This document shows positions 27,919-37,381 of a stretch of DNA of 64,000 bases, piece by piece; positions within the stretch are counted from its first letter, which is position 1; every line of letters begins with the position of its first letter. This stretch comes from Candidatus Zixiibacteriota bacterium (GTDB lineage Bacteria > RBG-13-66-14 > B26-G2 > WVWN01), in contig JASFLY010000002.1 in assembly GCA_050117845.1 (NCBI GenBank), positions 64,001-128,000 on the forward strand, written 5' to 3'. The notes beneath the pieces were generated by a model. It saw only the letters and a program-made list of their open reading frames with translations, made no database searches and was not told the DNA's origin. The position numbers were made by a program, and so were the translations under genes.

Positions 27919-29217
27919 ATGGACTACGCCGAGGCCACCGCCTTCCTGAACTCCCTCATCAACTACGAACGCGTCGCCCCCCGGCAGTACGACACGCGGG
28001 CGTTCGACCTCGAGCAGTTCGCCGCCCTGCTCGGCCGGCTGGGCTCGCCCCATGACGCGTATCCCATAATCCACGTCGCCGGGACCAAGGGAAAGGGCAG
28101 CGTCGTCGCGATGCTGGCCGCCGCCTTCGGCGCCGCCGGGTTCCGCGCCGGGACCTTCACCTCTCCCCACCTCCGCTCGCCGCGGGAGCGCGTCGCCCTC
28201 GGCGACGAGATGATCACGCCCGAGGACTTCGGCCGGTTCGTCGCCGCCGCCCGGGCCGCGATGACCGGCGGCGAGGCCGCCAACTACCGGACCTACTTCG
28301 AGACGCTCCTCGCCGCGGCGCTGTTGTACTTCCGCGAGCGGAACGCGGACGTCGCCATACTGGAGGCGGGCCTCGGCGGCCGCCTCGACGCCACGAACGT
28401 CGTAACGCCCGCGGTGGCCGTCCTCACGACGGTGGACCTGGACCACACGGACATCCTGGGCGAAACGCTGGAGAAGATAGCGGCCGAGAAGGCCGGCGTC
28501 ATCAAGGCGGCCGTCCCGGCCGTTAGCACGCCCCAGGACCCGGCCGCCGAGGAAGTTATACGGCGTTTCGCGGCCAAGGCCCGCGCGCCGCTCGCGTTCG
28601 TCGGCTCGGATATATACTTCCACGAGAACAGCGACGGGACCTTCGACTACCGCGGCCCTCGCTACAACCTCGTCGCCGTGAAGCCGGCGACGCCGGGCCA
28701 CGGGGCCCGCGTCAACGCCGCCGCCGCGCTGGCGGCGCTGGAATGCTTTACGCCGTTTGACGTCCCGGCCGAAAGCGCGCGCCGGGGCGTCGAGGCCGCC
28801 CGGCCCCGGGGCCGCGTGGAATTCCTGGCCGGGTCGCCGCCGGTCCTGCTGGACACGTCGCATACGCCGGCCTCGGGCCGGGAACTGGCGAACGTCGCTG
28901 GGGCGACGCCGGGCGACGTTAAGGTTCTGGTATGGGGGATGTCGGCCGACAAGGACGCGGCCGCGTATATACGCGAGTTGGCCGGAGCCGTGGACGTTGT
29001 GATAGCTACCGCGGCCTCGCTGCCGCGCGCCCGGCCGGCGGAGGAGTTGGCAACCGTGGCCCGGGGCTCGTTCGGCCGCGTCGAGGCGGTAACGCCCCCG
29101 GCGGCCGCGCTGGCCCGGGCGAGGGAGCTCGCCGGCCCCGCGGGGCTGGTCGTCGTCGCCGGCTCTTTCTACCTGGCCGGGGAAATCCTAACCGAAATTG
29201 AAGGACCTTTGGAGTGA
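27919..29217 (+). CDS. folC: Folylpolyglutamate synthase / dihydrofolate synthase
   Basis: HVAGTKGKGS, TSPHL, EAGLGGRLDATNV, DLDHTDILG, EKAGVIK, GSFYLAGE. Confidence 0.95.
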   Translation: MDYAEATAFLNSLINYERVAPRQYDTRAFDLEQFAALLGRLGSPHDAYPIIHVAGTKGKGSVVAMLAAAFGAAGFRAGTFTSPHLRSPRERVALGDEMITPEDFGRFVAAARAAMTGGEAANYRTYFETLLAAALLYFRERNADVAILEAGLGGRLDATNVVTPAVAVLTTVDLDHTDILGETLEKIAAEKAGVIKAAVPAVSTPQDPAAEEVIRRFAAKARAPLAFVGSDIYFHENSDGTFDYRGPRYNLVAVKPATPGHGARVNAAAALAALECFTPFDVPAESARRGVEAARPRGRVEFLAGSPPVLLDTSHTPASGRELANVAGATPGDVKVLVWGMSADKDAAAYIRELAGAVDVVIATAASLPRARPAEELATVARGSFGRVEAVTPPAAALARARELAGPAGLVVVAGSFYLAGEILTEIEGPLE

Positions 29218-29218
29218 C

Positions 29219-29725
29219 ATGACGATACTCGCCGGAGAAGAGCTGCGCGCCTACGTATTCGACCGGGACCCGCCGCTGGTAACGCCCTGCGGGCCCGAGC
29301 AGCTCCAGCCCAACGGCGTCGAGCTGACGCTGGAGGACGTGGGCGTGTGGAAGGAAGCCGGCCGGCTCGGCTTCGATAACGCCGACCGGGTCATCCCGGA
29401 CGTGGAACCCGTCCCGTTCGACGAGGCCGGCGAAGTGCGCCTCGGGCCCGGCGGCTACGCCATTTCGTTCCGGGAAACGGTGAACGTCCCGGACGACATG
29501 TGCGCCATCGCGCGGCCGCGCTCCAGCCTACTCCGAATGGGAGCCACCGTCGCGACCGCCCTTTGGGACACCGGCTACCGCGGCCGCAGCCGCGCGCTCC
29601 TCCTCGTCTCGGCCCCCGCGGGCATTCGGCTCCGGCGCGGCGCCCGCCTTATCCAGCTCGTATTCCTTCGCCTCCCGGCCCCCCTCGGCCGGGGGTACGA
29701 CGGCGCCTTCCAGGGCGAGGTCTGA
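29219..29725 (+). CDS. dut: Trimeric dUTPase / dCTP deaminase family protein
   Basis: QLQPNGVELT, RPRSSLLRMG, WDTGYRGR, YDGAFQGE. Confidence 0.8.
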   Translation: MTILAGEELRAYVFDRDPPLVTPCGPEQLQPNGVELTLEDVGVWKEAGRLGFDNADRVIPDVEPVPFDEAGEVRLGPGGYAISFRETVNVPDDMCAIARPRSSLLRMGATVATALWDTGYRGRSRALLLVSAPAGIRLRRGARLIQLVFLRLPAPLGRGYDGAFQGEV

Positions 29726-30262
29726 CGTCGCCGCACCGGCCTTCGGCAAGCGGGCCCGCCGGGCCACGAGTTCGGGCGGCTCGATTGCGCCGTGGATTAG
29801 TTCCGCCGCCGTCCTCTCCGCCAGTCGGGCCGCCCGTTCTATGGACGCGCCGCGCACGACGGCCGCCGGCTCGAGCACGAACATCCCGCACCAATCGCCC
29901 TCCCGAATCAAGGCCGCGGCCACGGCCGCCCGGACGGCGTCCTCCCCGACTTCGTACGTCGCGAGGTAGGCCCCGAAGAGGTTCCGCTCTCGGCAGAAAT
30001 CGGCGAAGGTATCGGTGAGAGAGAGCAGGGGCCTCACCCGCCCCGGCATTTTACGCCGGTCCACCTTAAAGGTTCCAGCCTCGACGATACTCCCCGCTCG
30101 CCACAACGCGAACGCCGGCCGGTAAGGCCCTCCCACGTCCACTCCCAACACCCGCGGAACGAACCCGAACCATGGCGGTTCGAAACGTCGGGCCCGGTCG
30201 AAATCGGGGTTACCGTCGTCGTCGCCGAATAACTCCGACCACAAAATATCAACGTTTTCCAT
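29528..30262 (-). CDS. Hypothetical protein with RNase H/RuvC-like first strands
   Basis: AGGAGG upstream of ATG and own promoter; RVLGVDVG..PAFALW..IVEAGTF; 3' end overlaps dut. Confidence 0.55.
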   Translation of the reverse strand: MENVDILWSELFGDDDGNPDFDRARRFEPPWFGFVPRVLGVDVGGPYRPAFALWRAGSIVEAGTFKVDRRKMPGRVRPLLSLTDTFADFCRERNLFGAYLATYEVGEDAVRAAVAAALIREGDWCGMFVLEPAAVVRGASIERAARLAERTAAELIHGAIEPPELVARRARLPKAGAATSDLALEGAVVPPAEGGREAKEYELDKAGAAPEPNARGGRDEEERAAAAAVAGVPKGGRDGGSHSE

Positions 30263-30339
30263 CCGTGCCCTCCTAATAGAATGGCCCCGTCGGGATTACT
30301 CCCGCGGGGCCTGGTTGTCCCAGCAACAAATTGGACTGA

Positions 30340-30433
30340 AATATACCACAACGCGGAACGCCGGTCAAGGGGTAAAAAGTCCTTTAAGCACAAGGACATT
30401 TACCTTGACGCTCTTGTTGTATTCTGTTAGAAT
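30340..30433. promoter_or_regulatory. Back-to-back sigma70 promoters joined by an imperfect palindrome
   Basis: Minus strand TTGACC-17-TATATT (30368..30340); plus strand TTGACG-17-TAGAAT (30405..30433); both have TGn extended -10. Confidence 0.7.
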
Positions 30434-30441
30434 TCGCCGTA

Positions 30442-31494
30442 GTGGTGAGGTTCTGTTCCTTAAAAGCGGCCTTATTGGCGGTAGCGCTGTTCGCGGGCGC
30501 GGCCGCCGCGAGTAATATAGGAGTACAAAGGAACCTCGCCCAGGCCGCCCTCCTCGTAGGCGACTACGAGCGGGCCATCACGATATCGAACGAGATCTTC
30601 GCCGAGTGGCCCGGCGACGCCGGAACGCACCTCATCCGGGGTTTGGCGTACGTGGGGACGGGGGAGTTCGAGAAAGCGGAAGCCGACCTGCTAATCGCCC
30701 GGGAGGAGTTTCCCGAAGATTATTCGGTGTCTTATAATCTGGCGATTATCGCCGAAAGGCGGGGGGACAACAAAGAAGCGCTCCTTTACCTCGACGAAGC
30801 GCTCGCCCACGGCCTGAGGAAGACCGACGCCCACCTCCTGAAAGCCAAGCTGCTCGACCGGCTGGGCCGGCGGGCGGAGGCGCGCGAAATCCTCGAATTC
30901 TATTTAACCCAGCGCCCGGGGACGAGGGATATTTACTTAACGCTCGCGCAATGGGCCCGGGCGGACGGGGATAACGCCAAAGCCATCGGTTATTACGAGG
31001 AGGCTTTAAAGCGGAAGCGGGACGGCCCGACCCTGGCGGAGTTGGCGACCACTTACGAGGCCGCCGGTGACCGGACGCAGGCGATTAACTACTACTTCGA
31101 GGCGATAACGTACGGCGCCGCCGACGCCGATATCCTGGCGGAATACGCGGCGGATTATTCAGCGGGCGGGGAGTTCGACAAAGCTCTCGAGATATACGAA
31201 CGGCTCGTCGAGGAGTTCCCGAGTAACGCTTACTATTTGTTCGGCCTCTCTTTCGTGAGACAACAAATCGGCGAGGTAGACGAAGCACGCGCCGGTTATT
31301 TGAAAGTCGTAAAACTTAAACCCGATTTCGCGGAACCCTATTATAACCTCGCCGCGCTCGCGGATGCCGGCGAGGAAGCCGACAAAGCGGCCTCGTATTA
31401 CAGAAAATTCCTAAGTTACTCGGCAGGCCGGGACGACCTGGCCGAAAGCAGGGCCAGGGCGCAAGAAAGGCTGGATCTCCTGGAAGGTCCGTAG
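30442..31494 (+). CDS. Exported TPR protein
   Basis: Signal peptide ALLAVALFAGAAAA; repeated TPRs (SYNLAII, PYYNLAAL). Confidence 0.88.
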   Translation: MVRFCSLKAALLAVALFAGAAAASNIGVQRNLAQAALLVGDYERAITISNEIFAEWPGDAGTHLIRGLAYVGTGEFEKAEADLLIAREEFPEDYSVSYNLAIIAERRGDNKEALLYLDEALAHGLRKTDAHLLKAKLLDRLGRRAEAREILEFYLTQRPGTRDIYLTLAQWARADGDNAKAIGYYEEALKRKRDGPTLAELATTYEAAGDRTQAINYYFEAITYGAADADILAEYAADYSAGGEFDKALEIYERLVEEFPSNAYYLFGLSFVRQQIGEVDEARAGYLKVVKLKPDFAEPYYNLAALADAGEEADKAASYYRKFLSYSAGRDDLAESRARAQERLDLLEGP

Positions 31495-31501
31495 ACCGTT
31501 T

Positions 31502-32110
31502 ATGGCTACACCAAACACGATATATAAAATACGCCTCGTCACACTGGCCGTGCTCGCGTTCGCGGCCGCGGCGTTCGGCGCGGCGGATGAGCTGAAAATA
31601 CAGCGCGAAGCCAACGAACTCTTTCTGGAAGGCGTCGCCGAATACGAGAAGGACGACGTCGAGGCCGCCATCGAGAAGTTCGAAAAATGCCTCGCCAAGG
31701 ATCCGACCAACGCCCACGCCCAATTCAACATAGGCGTCTGTTACAACGACCTGGGCGAGACCGACAAGGCCCTCGAGGCGTACAAGAAAACCATCGCCAT
31801 CGACCCGAACTACCCGGACGCGGATTTCAACATCGGCCGGGTTTACCATCTGCGCAAGGACTTCGTCGAGGCGACCTCCTACTACGAAAAGGCCCTCGCC
31901 GCCGACCCCTACGCCCCGGACGTGCTGTACAATCACGCCCACGCGCTGATGGAAAGCGGCCGCGTCGAAGAGGCGCGGGAGGCCTGGAACCGCTACCTAA
32001 CCATCGCCGAATCCCTCCCCGAAGAGTCGAAATGGGTCGAGCGGGCCCGGGAATACCTCGATACGCTTAAAGAGATAGAGGGCGGGACCCCCGGGGACAG
32101 TAATGACTGA
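31502..32110 (+). CDS. Exported TPR protein
   Basis: Signal peptide; AQFNIGVCY, ADFNIGRVY, VLYNHAHAL. Confidence 0.9.
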   Translation: MATPNTIYKIRLVTLAVLAFAAAAFGAADELKIQREANELFLEGVAEYEKDDVEAAIEKFEKCLAKDPTNAHAQFNIGVCYNDLGETDKALEAYKKTIAIDPNYPDADFNIGRVYHLRKDFVEATSYYEKALAADPYAPDVLYNHAHALMESGRVEEAREAWNRYLTIAESLPEESKWVERAREYLDTLKEIEGGTPGDSND

Positions 32111-32786
32111 TTCGGCGATACGCCGCGCTCCTCGTATCCCCGCCGGCCGCGCCGTCATCCTGGTGACGGCTTCGTTTATTTTCGCGGCCGGTGCGAGCGC
32201 GGCTCCGCCCGTCGAGGCCGAAACGCCGGGGCTGGAGGAACTAATCCGAACGGGACGCTACGAGGAGGCCATTGCGGTCCTCCTGGAAATTTGCGCCCCC
32301 GACGGCGACCTCGACTCCCGTTTCCGCCTGGCCTACTGCTACGAACGGTCCGGCCGCCTGGAAGAGGCCCGGGCCGAATACGAATACTGCGCCCGTCTCG
32401 ACCCGGACCGCCCGGAGATATACTATAACCTCGGCGTGGTCCTGAGCGAACTCGGCCGGCACGACGACGCCGCCCGGGCGTTCGAAGAAGCGCTGTTGCT
32501 CAACCCGGGCCACGTCGACGCGAACTTCAACTGCGGCCTCGCCCACTATTACGGCCGCGAGCCGGTTCAGGCCATCCGGTTTTTCCGGGAAGCCCGGGCC
32601 CTCGCCCCCGACGACCTCGCAATCCTCTGCGGCCTCGCCCTCGCCTACGAGGAAATCGACCGGCGCGTCGCGCTTTCCATCTGGGAGGACTACGTCTCCC
32701 AGGCGTTGGACGACGCCGGCGAACAACCCTATCTCAAAACCGCCCGCGACCATATCTCCACCTTGCGTGCCGGTAAGAAACCTTAA
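32103..32786 (+). CDS. Exported TPR protein
   Basis: Signal-like segment; SRFRLAYCY, IYYNLGVVL, ANFNCGLAH. Confidence 0.88.
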   Translation: MTDSAIRRAPRIPAGRAVILVTASFIFAAGASAAPPVEAETPGLEELIRTGRYEEAIAVLLEICAPDGDLDSRFRLAYCYERSGRLEEARAEYEYCARLDPDRPEIYYNLGVVLSELGRHDDAARAFEEALLLNPGHVDANFNCGLAHYYGREPVQAIRFFREARALAPDDLAILCGLALAYEEIDRRVALSIWEDYVSQALDDAGEQPYLKTARDHISTLRAGKKP

Positions 32787-33657
32787 ACCCCGGGGACTCG
32801 TTGCGGTCCCGCTAGCGCTCGCCGCGGCCCTGGCCGCGGCGGATACGCCTCCCCCGGCCGGCGAACTCGTGGCCGCGGGGGACGAACTCCGCCGGAACGG
32901 GGCGCACGAAGCCGCGCTCACGTATTACGAACGGGCCATCCTCGACGACCCCACCTCCGACCGCGCCTGGGTCGGAGCGGCCGCATCGCTCGAGGCGCTG
33001 GACGAAGAGCGCGCCGTGGACGTTCTGGCGGAAGCCGCGACCGACCCCAAAACCTCCTTGCCCCCGGGGGCGGTGGCGGTACTGGCGGGGGCGTGGGCCA
33101 GGCGGGGCCTGACCGATCGGGCGAAACAGATTCTCGGCCCCGAGCCGGCCGAACCGTTGGGCCGGCGTTCGCTCCTCCTCGGCCGGATGTACTTCGCCCG
33201 GGGCGACCTTCCCGCGGCCATTCGCGAATTCAAGAACGCCCGCGCCGCGGGGGAGGTCTGCGCGCCGTACTACGTCGGCGAGGCCATGCTGGCGGCCGGC
33301 CACTACGAGGAGGCCGGCGTTTATCTGGACGAGTTTTTGGAAACGTTCCCGTACGTGGCGACGGCCCGTTGCGCCCGGGCGGAGGTATGCTACCTCCGCG
33401 GCGAATACAACCGGGCTAATAGCGAGTTGGCCGAGGCGCTTACGTACGACCCCGAGTGCACGCGGGCGCTCTTCGACCTTGCGGCGCTCGCGGCCCGCAA
33501 CGGCGACTACGGCACCGCCATCCGCCTCTACGGCGAAGTCACGACGCTGGACCCCGGCGACGCCCGGGCCTTCTGGCGCATCGCCCGGGCGTATCGCCAC
33601 GTCGATCCGCTTATCGCGGCCCGCAAACTCGAGGAATATCATCGGCGTTTCCCCTGA
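32767..33657 (+). CDS. Exported TPR protein
   Basis: Signal-like LVAVPLALAAALAAA; LLLGRMYF, ALFDLAAL, AFWRIARAY. Confidence 0.82.
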   Translation: MPVRNLKPRGLVAVPLALAAALAAADTPPPAGELVAAGDELRRNGAHEAALTYYERAILDDPTSDRAWVGAAASLEALDEERAVDVLAEAATDPKTSLPPGAVAVLAGAWARRGLTDRAKQILGPEPAEPLGRRSLLLGRMYFARGDLPAAIREFKNARAAGEVCAPYYVGEAMLAAGHYEEAGVYLDEFLETFPYVATARCARAEVCYLRGEYNRANSELAEALTYDPECTRALFDLAALAARNGDYGTAIRLYGEVTTLDPGDARAFWRIARAYRHVDPLIAARKLEEYHRRFP

Positions 33658-33737
33658 ACCCGGCCTCCGGGCCCGGTTTATCAGGGAAGCGCCCCGGCCC
33701 GGCCGGGGCTTTCGTTACGGCCGCCCCGTCGGCGCCG

Positions 33738-33766
33738 TTGACTTGGCCGGGGCCGTGTGATATTTT
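33738..33766 (+). promoter_or_regulatory. sigma70-type promoter for mnmA
   Basis: TTGACT-17 nt-TATTTT with TGn; preceded by GCCCCGG/CCGGGGC hairpin plus TTT at 33691-33712. Confidence 0.55.
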
Positions 33767-33787
33767 GAAGGCCGGAGGCGCCGGACG

Positions 33788-34855
33788 ATGGTACTCAAAG
33801 TACTGGTAGCGATGTCGGGCGGCGTCGATAGCGCCGCGGCGGCCTTGCTCCTCCGCCGGGAGGGGCACGACGTCGCCGGCGCCACGATGCGCCTCTACGA
33901 CCCGCCGGCGGACTTCGCCCGGGCGGGCGGTTCGGCCGACACTATCGCCAGGGCCGAGGATCTGGCCGCCTCCATCGGCATCCCCCACTACGTCCTGGAT
34001 TTTCGGGAACAGTTCCGGGCCGAAATAGTGGACGACTTCGTGGCCGAATACGCCCGGGGCCGGACACCCAACCCTTGCGTCCGCTGCAACGGGGCCATTA
34101 AGTTCGGCCTTTTCCGAAGGCGCGCCCGCGAACTCGGTTTCGACGCCATGGCCACCGGCCACTACGCCCGCCGCGAATTCGACGAGGGACGAGGCCGCTA
34201 CGTCCTCAAAACCGCCTTGGACGCGGCCAAGGACCAGACTTATTTCTTGTGGATGACGCCGGCCGAACATCTGCCGGAGATATTGTTCCCGGTCGGCCTT
34301 CTTCGTAAAGACGACGTTCGGGCGCTCGTCGGCGAACTCAAAGCCGAAGCGGCCGACCGGCCGGAAAGCCAGGACATCTGCTTTATAAGCGAGGATTCGT
34401 ACGCCGAATTCGTCGGGGCCGCGGTCGGCCCCGGCGAGGCGGGACCCATCGTGGACGAGGAGGGCCGGGTCCTGGGGCGCCACGCCGGCCTGGAACGCTA
34501 CACCGTGGGCCAGCGCCGCGGCCTGGGCGTCGCCGGCGGCGTTCGGATGTACGTGAAGCGGATAGACGTGGAGGCGAACGCGATAGTGCTTGCCGAGGAC
34601 GAGGCCCTCTCGGCCTCGAGGTTCGCGGCGAGCGGCGCCAACTGGTTAATCGACCCGCCCGGCGGCGAGTTTCGGGCCGGGGTCAAAGTGCGCTATAGGA
34701 ACCCCGCGGCCCCGGCCTCGATCCGGCCGGAGGGCGAGGGTAGATTAATAATAAGTTTCGACGAACCCCGCCGGGCCATCGCGCCCGGCCAATCGGCCGT
34801 CTTCTACGACGGCGACGTCCTCCTCGGCGGAGGCGTTATCGACGAGGTAGTATAG
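33788..34855 (+). CDS. mnmA: tRNA-specific 2-thiouridylase
   Basis: VAMSGGVDS, TPNPCVRCN, ATGHYAR, KDQTYFL, ESQDICF, YTVGQRRGLG, PGQSAVFY. Confidence 0.97.
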   Translation: MVLKVLVAMSGGVDSAAAALLLRREGHDVAGATMRLYDPPADFARAGGSADTIARAEDLAASIGIPHYVLDFREQFRAEIVDDFVAEYARGRTPNPCVRCNGAIKFGLFRRRARELGFDAMATGHYARREFDEGRGRYVLKTALDAAKDQTYFLWMTPAEHLPEILFPVGLLRKDDVRALVGELKAEAADRPESQDICFISEDSYAEFVGAAVGPGEAGPIVDEEGRVLGRHAGLERYTVGQRRGLGVAGGVRMYVKRIDVEANAIVLAEDEALSASRFAASGANWLIDPPGGEFRAGVKVRYRNPAAPASIRPEGEGRLIISFDEPRRAIAPGQSAVFYDGDVLLGGGVIDEVV

Positions 34856-35683
34856 GTGAGAAAGAGCCCGGCGGAACGCAAGTACGACAAACTCCTAACC
34901 CGGCTGGCCGGCCTGCCGTCGCTCCTCGTCGCCTTTTCGGGCGGGGCGGATTCCACGTTCCTTCTCGCGGCGGCGAAGAAGGCGGTGTCGGGCCGCCTCC
35001 TGGCCGTGACCGTCCGGTCCCCCGCCTTCCCCACCCGCGACGCCGAACACGCCGACGCCACCGCCCGCCTCCTTGAGGTCGAACATAAGTTCATGAACTC
35101 CCGCATGGTGGAGAACGAATCTTTTCGTGCGAACCCGACCGACCGATGTTATTATTGCAAATACACCATCGGCACGGAGCTGTTGCGGCTGGCGAGAAAA
35201 GAGGGCCTGGCCGCCGTGGCGGAAGGTACGACGGCCGACGAACTCCTGGGCCACCGGCCCGGGGCGATGGCGGTGCAGGAGTTGGAGTTGCTATCGCCGC
35301 TGGCCGAGATGGGCCTGACCAAGGAAGAGGTCCGGGAACTCGCCCGGCGCGAGGACGTCCCCAACTTCGACCGGCCTCCGGGGACCTGCCTCGCAACCCG
35401 TTTCCCGTACGGCTCGGAGATTACGGAGGGGAAGCTACGCGACGTCGAGGCGGTCGAACAGACCATCTATGACCTGGGTTTCAGGGACGTGCGATGTCGG
35501 CACCACGGCGAATTCGCCCGCATCGAACTCGACCCCAAGGAGATTCCCCGGTCGACGATTGCGTCCATCCGAAAACGCATCGCCTCTAAGATACACGAAC
35601 TCGGTTTCAAATTCGCGACCCTCGACCTCGACGGCTACCGCACCGGTAGTATGGGCGATGATACCGAGAAGAAAGGCCGATAG
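34856..35683 (+). CDS. larE: LarE-family ATP-dependent sulfur transferase (nickel-pincer cofactor synthesis)
   Basis: AFSGGADS, NPTDRCYYCK, HRPG, CLATRFPYG, LDLDGYRTGSM. Confidence 0.9.
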   Translation: MRKSPAERKYDKLLTRLAGLPSLLVAFSGGADSTFLLAAAKKAVSGRLLAVTVRSPAFPTRDAEHADATARLLEVEHKFMNSRMVENESFRANPTDRCYYCKYTIGTELLRLARKEGLAAVAEGTTADELLGHRPGAMAVQELELLSPLAEMGLTKEEVRELARREDVPNFDRPPGTCLATRFPYGSEITEGKLRDVEAVEQTIYDLGFRDVRCRHHGEFARIELDPKEIPRSTIASIRKRIASKIHELGFKFATLDLDGYRTGSMGDDTEKKGR

Positions 35684-35734
35684 GATTATTGGGGTGAACG
35701 GCACGATCGCGGCATAAACAATGCGAGGTGGGAA

Positions 35735-37381
35735 ATGGCGACGAAAAAACGTAAAACGAAAAGCCCGGCCAAACCGAAATCGCACACCGGTGATTCGAAG
35801 ATCTCGGCCGTAACGGTATACGGCGACCGGGCCATGGTTACCCGTATCATCCATCTCGCCCTCGACGTCGGCGAAGGCAACATCGTCGCGAAGGGCCTCC
35901 CCGCCGGCCTCGACGAATATTCCCTCCGCGTCGCGGGCCTGGGCCCCGCCAAGGTGCGCGTGCTGGGCATCAAAATAAACCGCGGCTTTACCGGCAAGCC
36001 GGCCGCCTCCGAGATAGAGAAACTCCGGGCCGCGCTCGAAAAAGCCGAGGACGAGCGCCGCGTCCTGGAGGACAAACGGACCGTCGTCGCCGAACGCGTG
36101 CGGGGCATGAAGGCGCTGAGCGAAGCGGCGGTCGTTGACCTCGCCCGCACCATTGCCCGCCGGAAAATGGACCTGCCGGAGGCCGAGGGCGTGGTCTCGT
36201 TCTTCTACGACGACCTCAATAAATCCAACACCCAACTCGTCAAACTGGACAAGGCCCTGCGGGACAAGGGCCGCGAAATCGACAAGTTGCGCTTCGATTA
36301 CGAGAAGCACCAGAGCCCCCGGCCGCGGGAAGAGAAGAACGTCGAGATAACGTACGAGTGCTCCATGGGCGGCGAGTTCGACCTCGCCCTCACGTACGTG
36401 ATGCCCGGCGCCGGTTGGGAGCCGACCTACGACCTCTACTACGACGAAAAGGCCGCGACCACGGAGATATTCTACCGGGCCGCCGTCTACCAGAGTACCG
36501 GCGAGGATTGGAACGGCGTCACACTCAAACTCTCCACCGCCCGGCCGCAGGCGGGCGCCGCGCCCCCGGCCCTCGCGCCGCGCTACGTCGACTTCTACGA
36601 GGCCTATCGGGCCGCCCCCGCCCCGACGACCGGAATGGGAGCCCCCCGAGCCGCCAAAGCTATGGCGGTGGCCGACGAAGGCGAGGCCGAATTCGACATG
36701 GCCTTCGAGGAGGTAAGCGAGGACATGCTGCCGCCAGAAATCGCGGAGGCCACGGTCGAGGGCGCGGGCCCGGCGGTCACGTACGTCGTCGCCGGCCTCC
36801 CCACCGTCCCGGCCGACGGCGAGCCCCACCTCGTCGGCGTCAGCAGCCACAAGTTCGGCGGCGAACTCTCCCATGTCGTCGTACCCGAGCACGCCGCGGC
36901 CGCGTTCCTGCAGGCGAAGTCGACCAACGAGACCGACCTGACCTTCCTGCCCGGCGTTTCCAACATCTTCCGCGGCGACGAATACGTGGGCCGCGCCGCG
37001 CTGGAACTCACGGTGCCCGGCGCCGAATTCGTGTACCACCTCGGCGCCGACGACCGCATCAAGGTCGATTACGACTGCCAGCAAATCGCCGACGATGCCG
37101 TGGGCATCACCGGCGCCAACCGCAAGATAACGGTGCGGGCCGCGACCGAGGTCGAGAACCAGAGTTCGGCCGACGCGGGCGTCGTCGTCAAGCAGCGTCA
37201 GGCCGTGGCCCTCAATAAAGATATTAAAATAAAGCAGACGGAGGCCAAGCCCAAACCCACCGAAAAGGACGACGACGGCCTCCTGGAGTGGCACTTCTCC
37301 CTGAAGCCGGGCGAGAAGAAAAAAATAACTTTCCACTACGACGTCGAATTCCCCAAGGACCGGGCCATCGAAGGAATCTAA
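35735..37381 (+). CDS. DUF4140/DUF4139 (mucoidy inhibitor MuiA-like) protein
   Basis: SKISAVTVYGDRAMVTR, AGWEPTYDL, QSTGEDWNGVTLKLSTARP, LEWHFSLKPGE. Confidence 0.88.
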   Translation: MATKKRKTKSPAKPKSHTGDSKISAVTVYGDRAMVTRIIHLALDVGEGNIVAKGLPAGLDEYSLRVAGLGPAKVRVLGIKINRGFTGKPAASEIEKLRAALEKAEDERRVLEDKRTVVAERVRGMKALSEAAVVDLARTIARRKMDLPEAEGVVSFFYDDLNKSNTQLVKLDKALRDKGREIDKLRFDYEKHQSPRPREEKNVEITYECSMGGEFDLALTYVMPGAGWEPTYDLYYDEKAATTEIFYRAAVYQSTGEDWNGVTLKLSTARPQAGAAPPALAPRYVDFYEAYRAAPAPTTGMGAPRAAKAMAVADEGEAEFDMAFEEVSEDMLPPEIAEATVEGAGPAVTYVVAGLPTVPADGEPHLVGVSSHKFGGELSHVVVPEHAAAAFLQAKSTNETDLTFLPGVSNIFRGDEYVGRAALELTVPGAEFVYHLGADDRIKVDYDCQQIADDAVGITGANRKITVRAATEVENQSSADAGVVVKQRQAVALNKDIKIKQTEAKPKPTEKDDDGLLEWHFSLKPGEKKKITFHYDVEFPKDRAIEGI

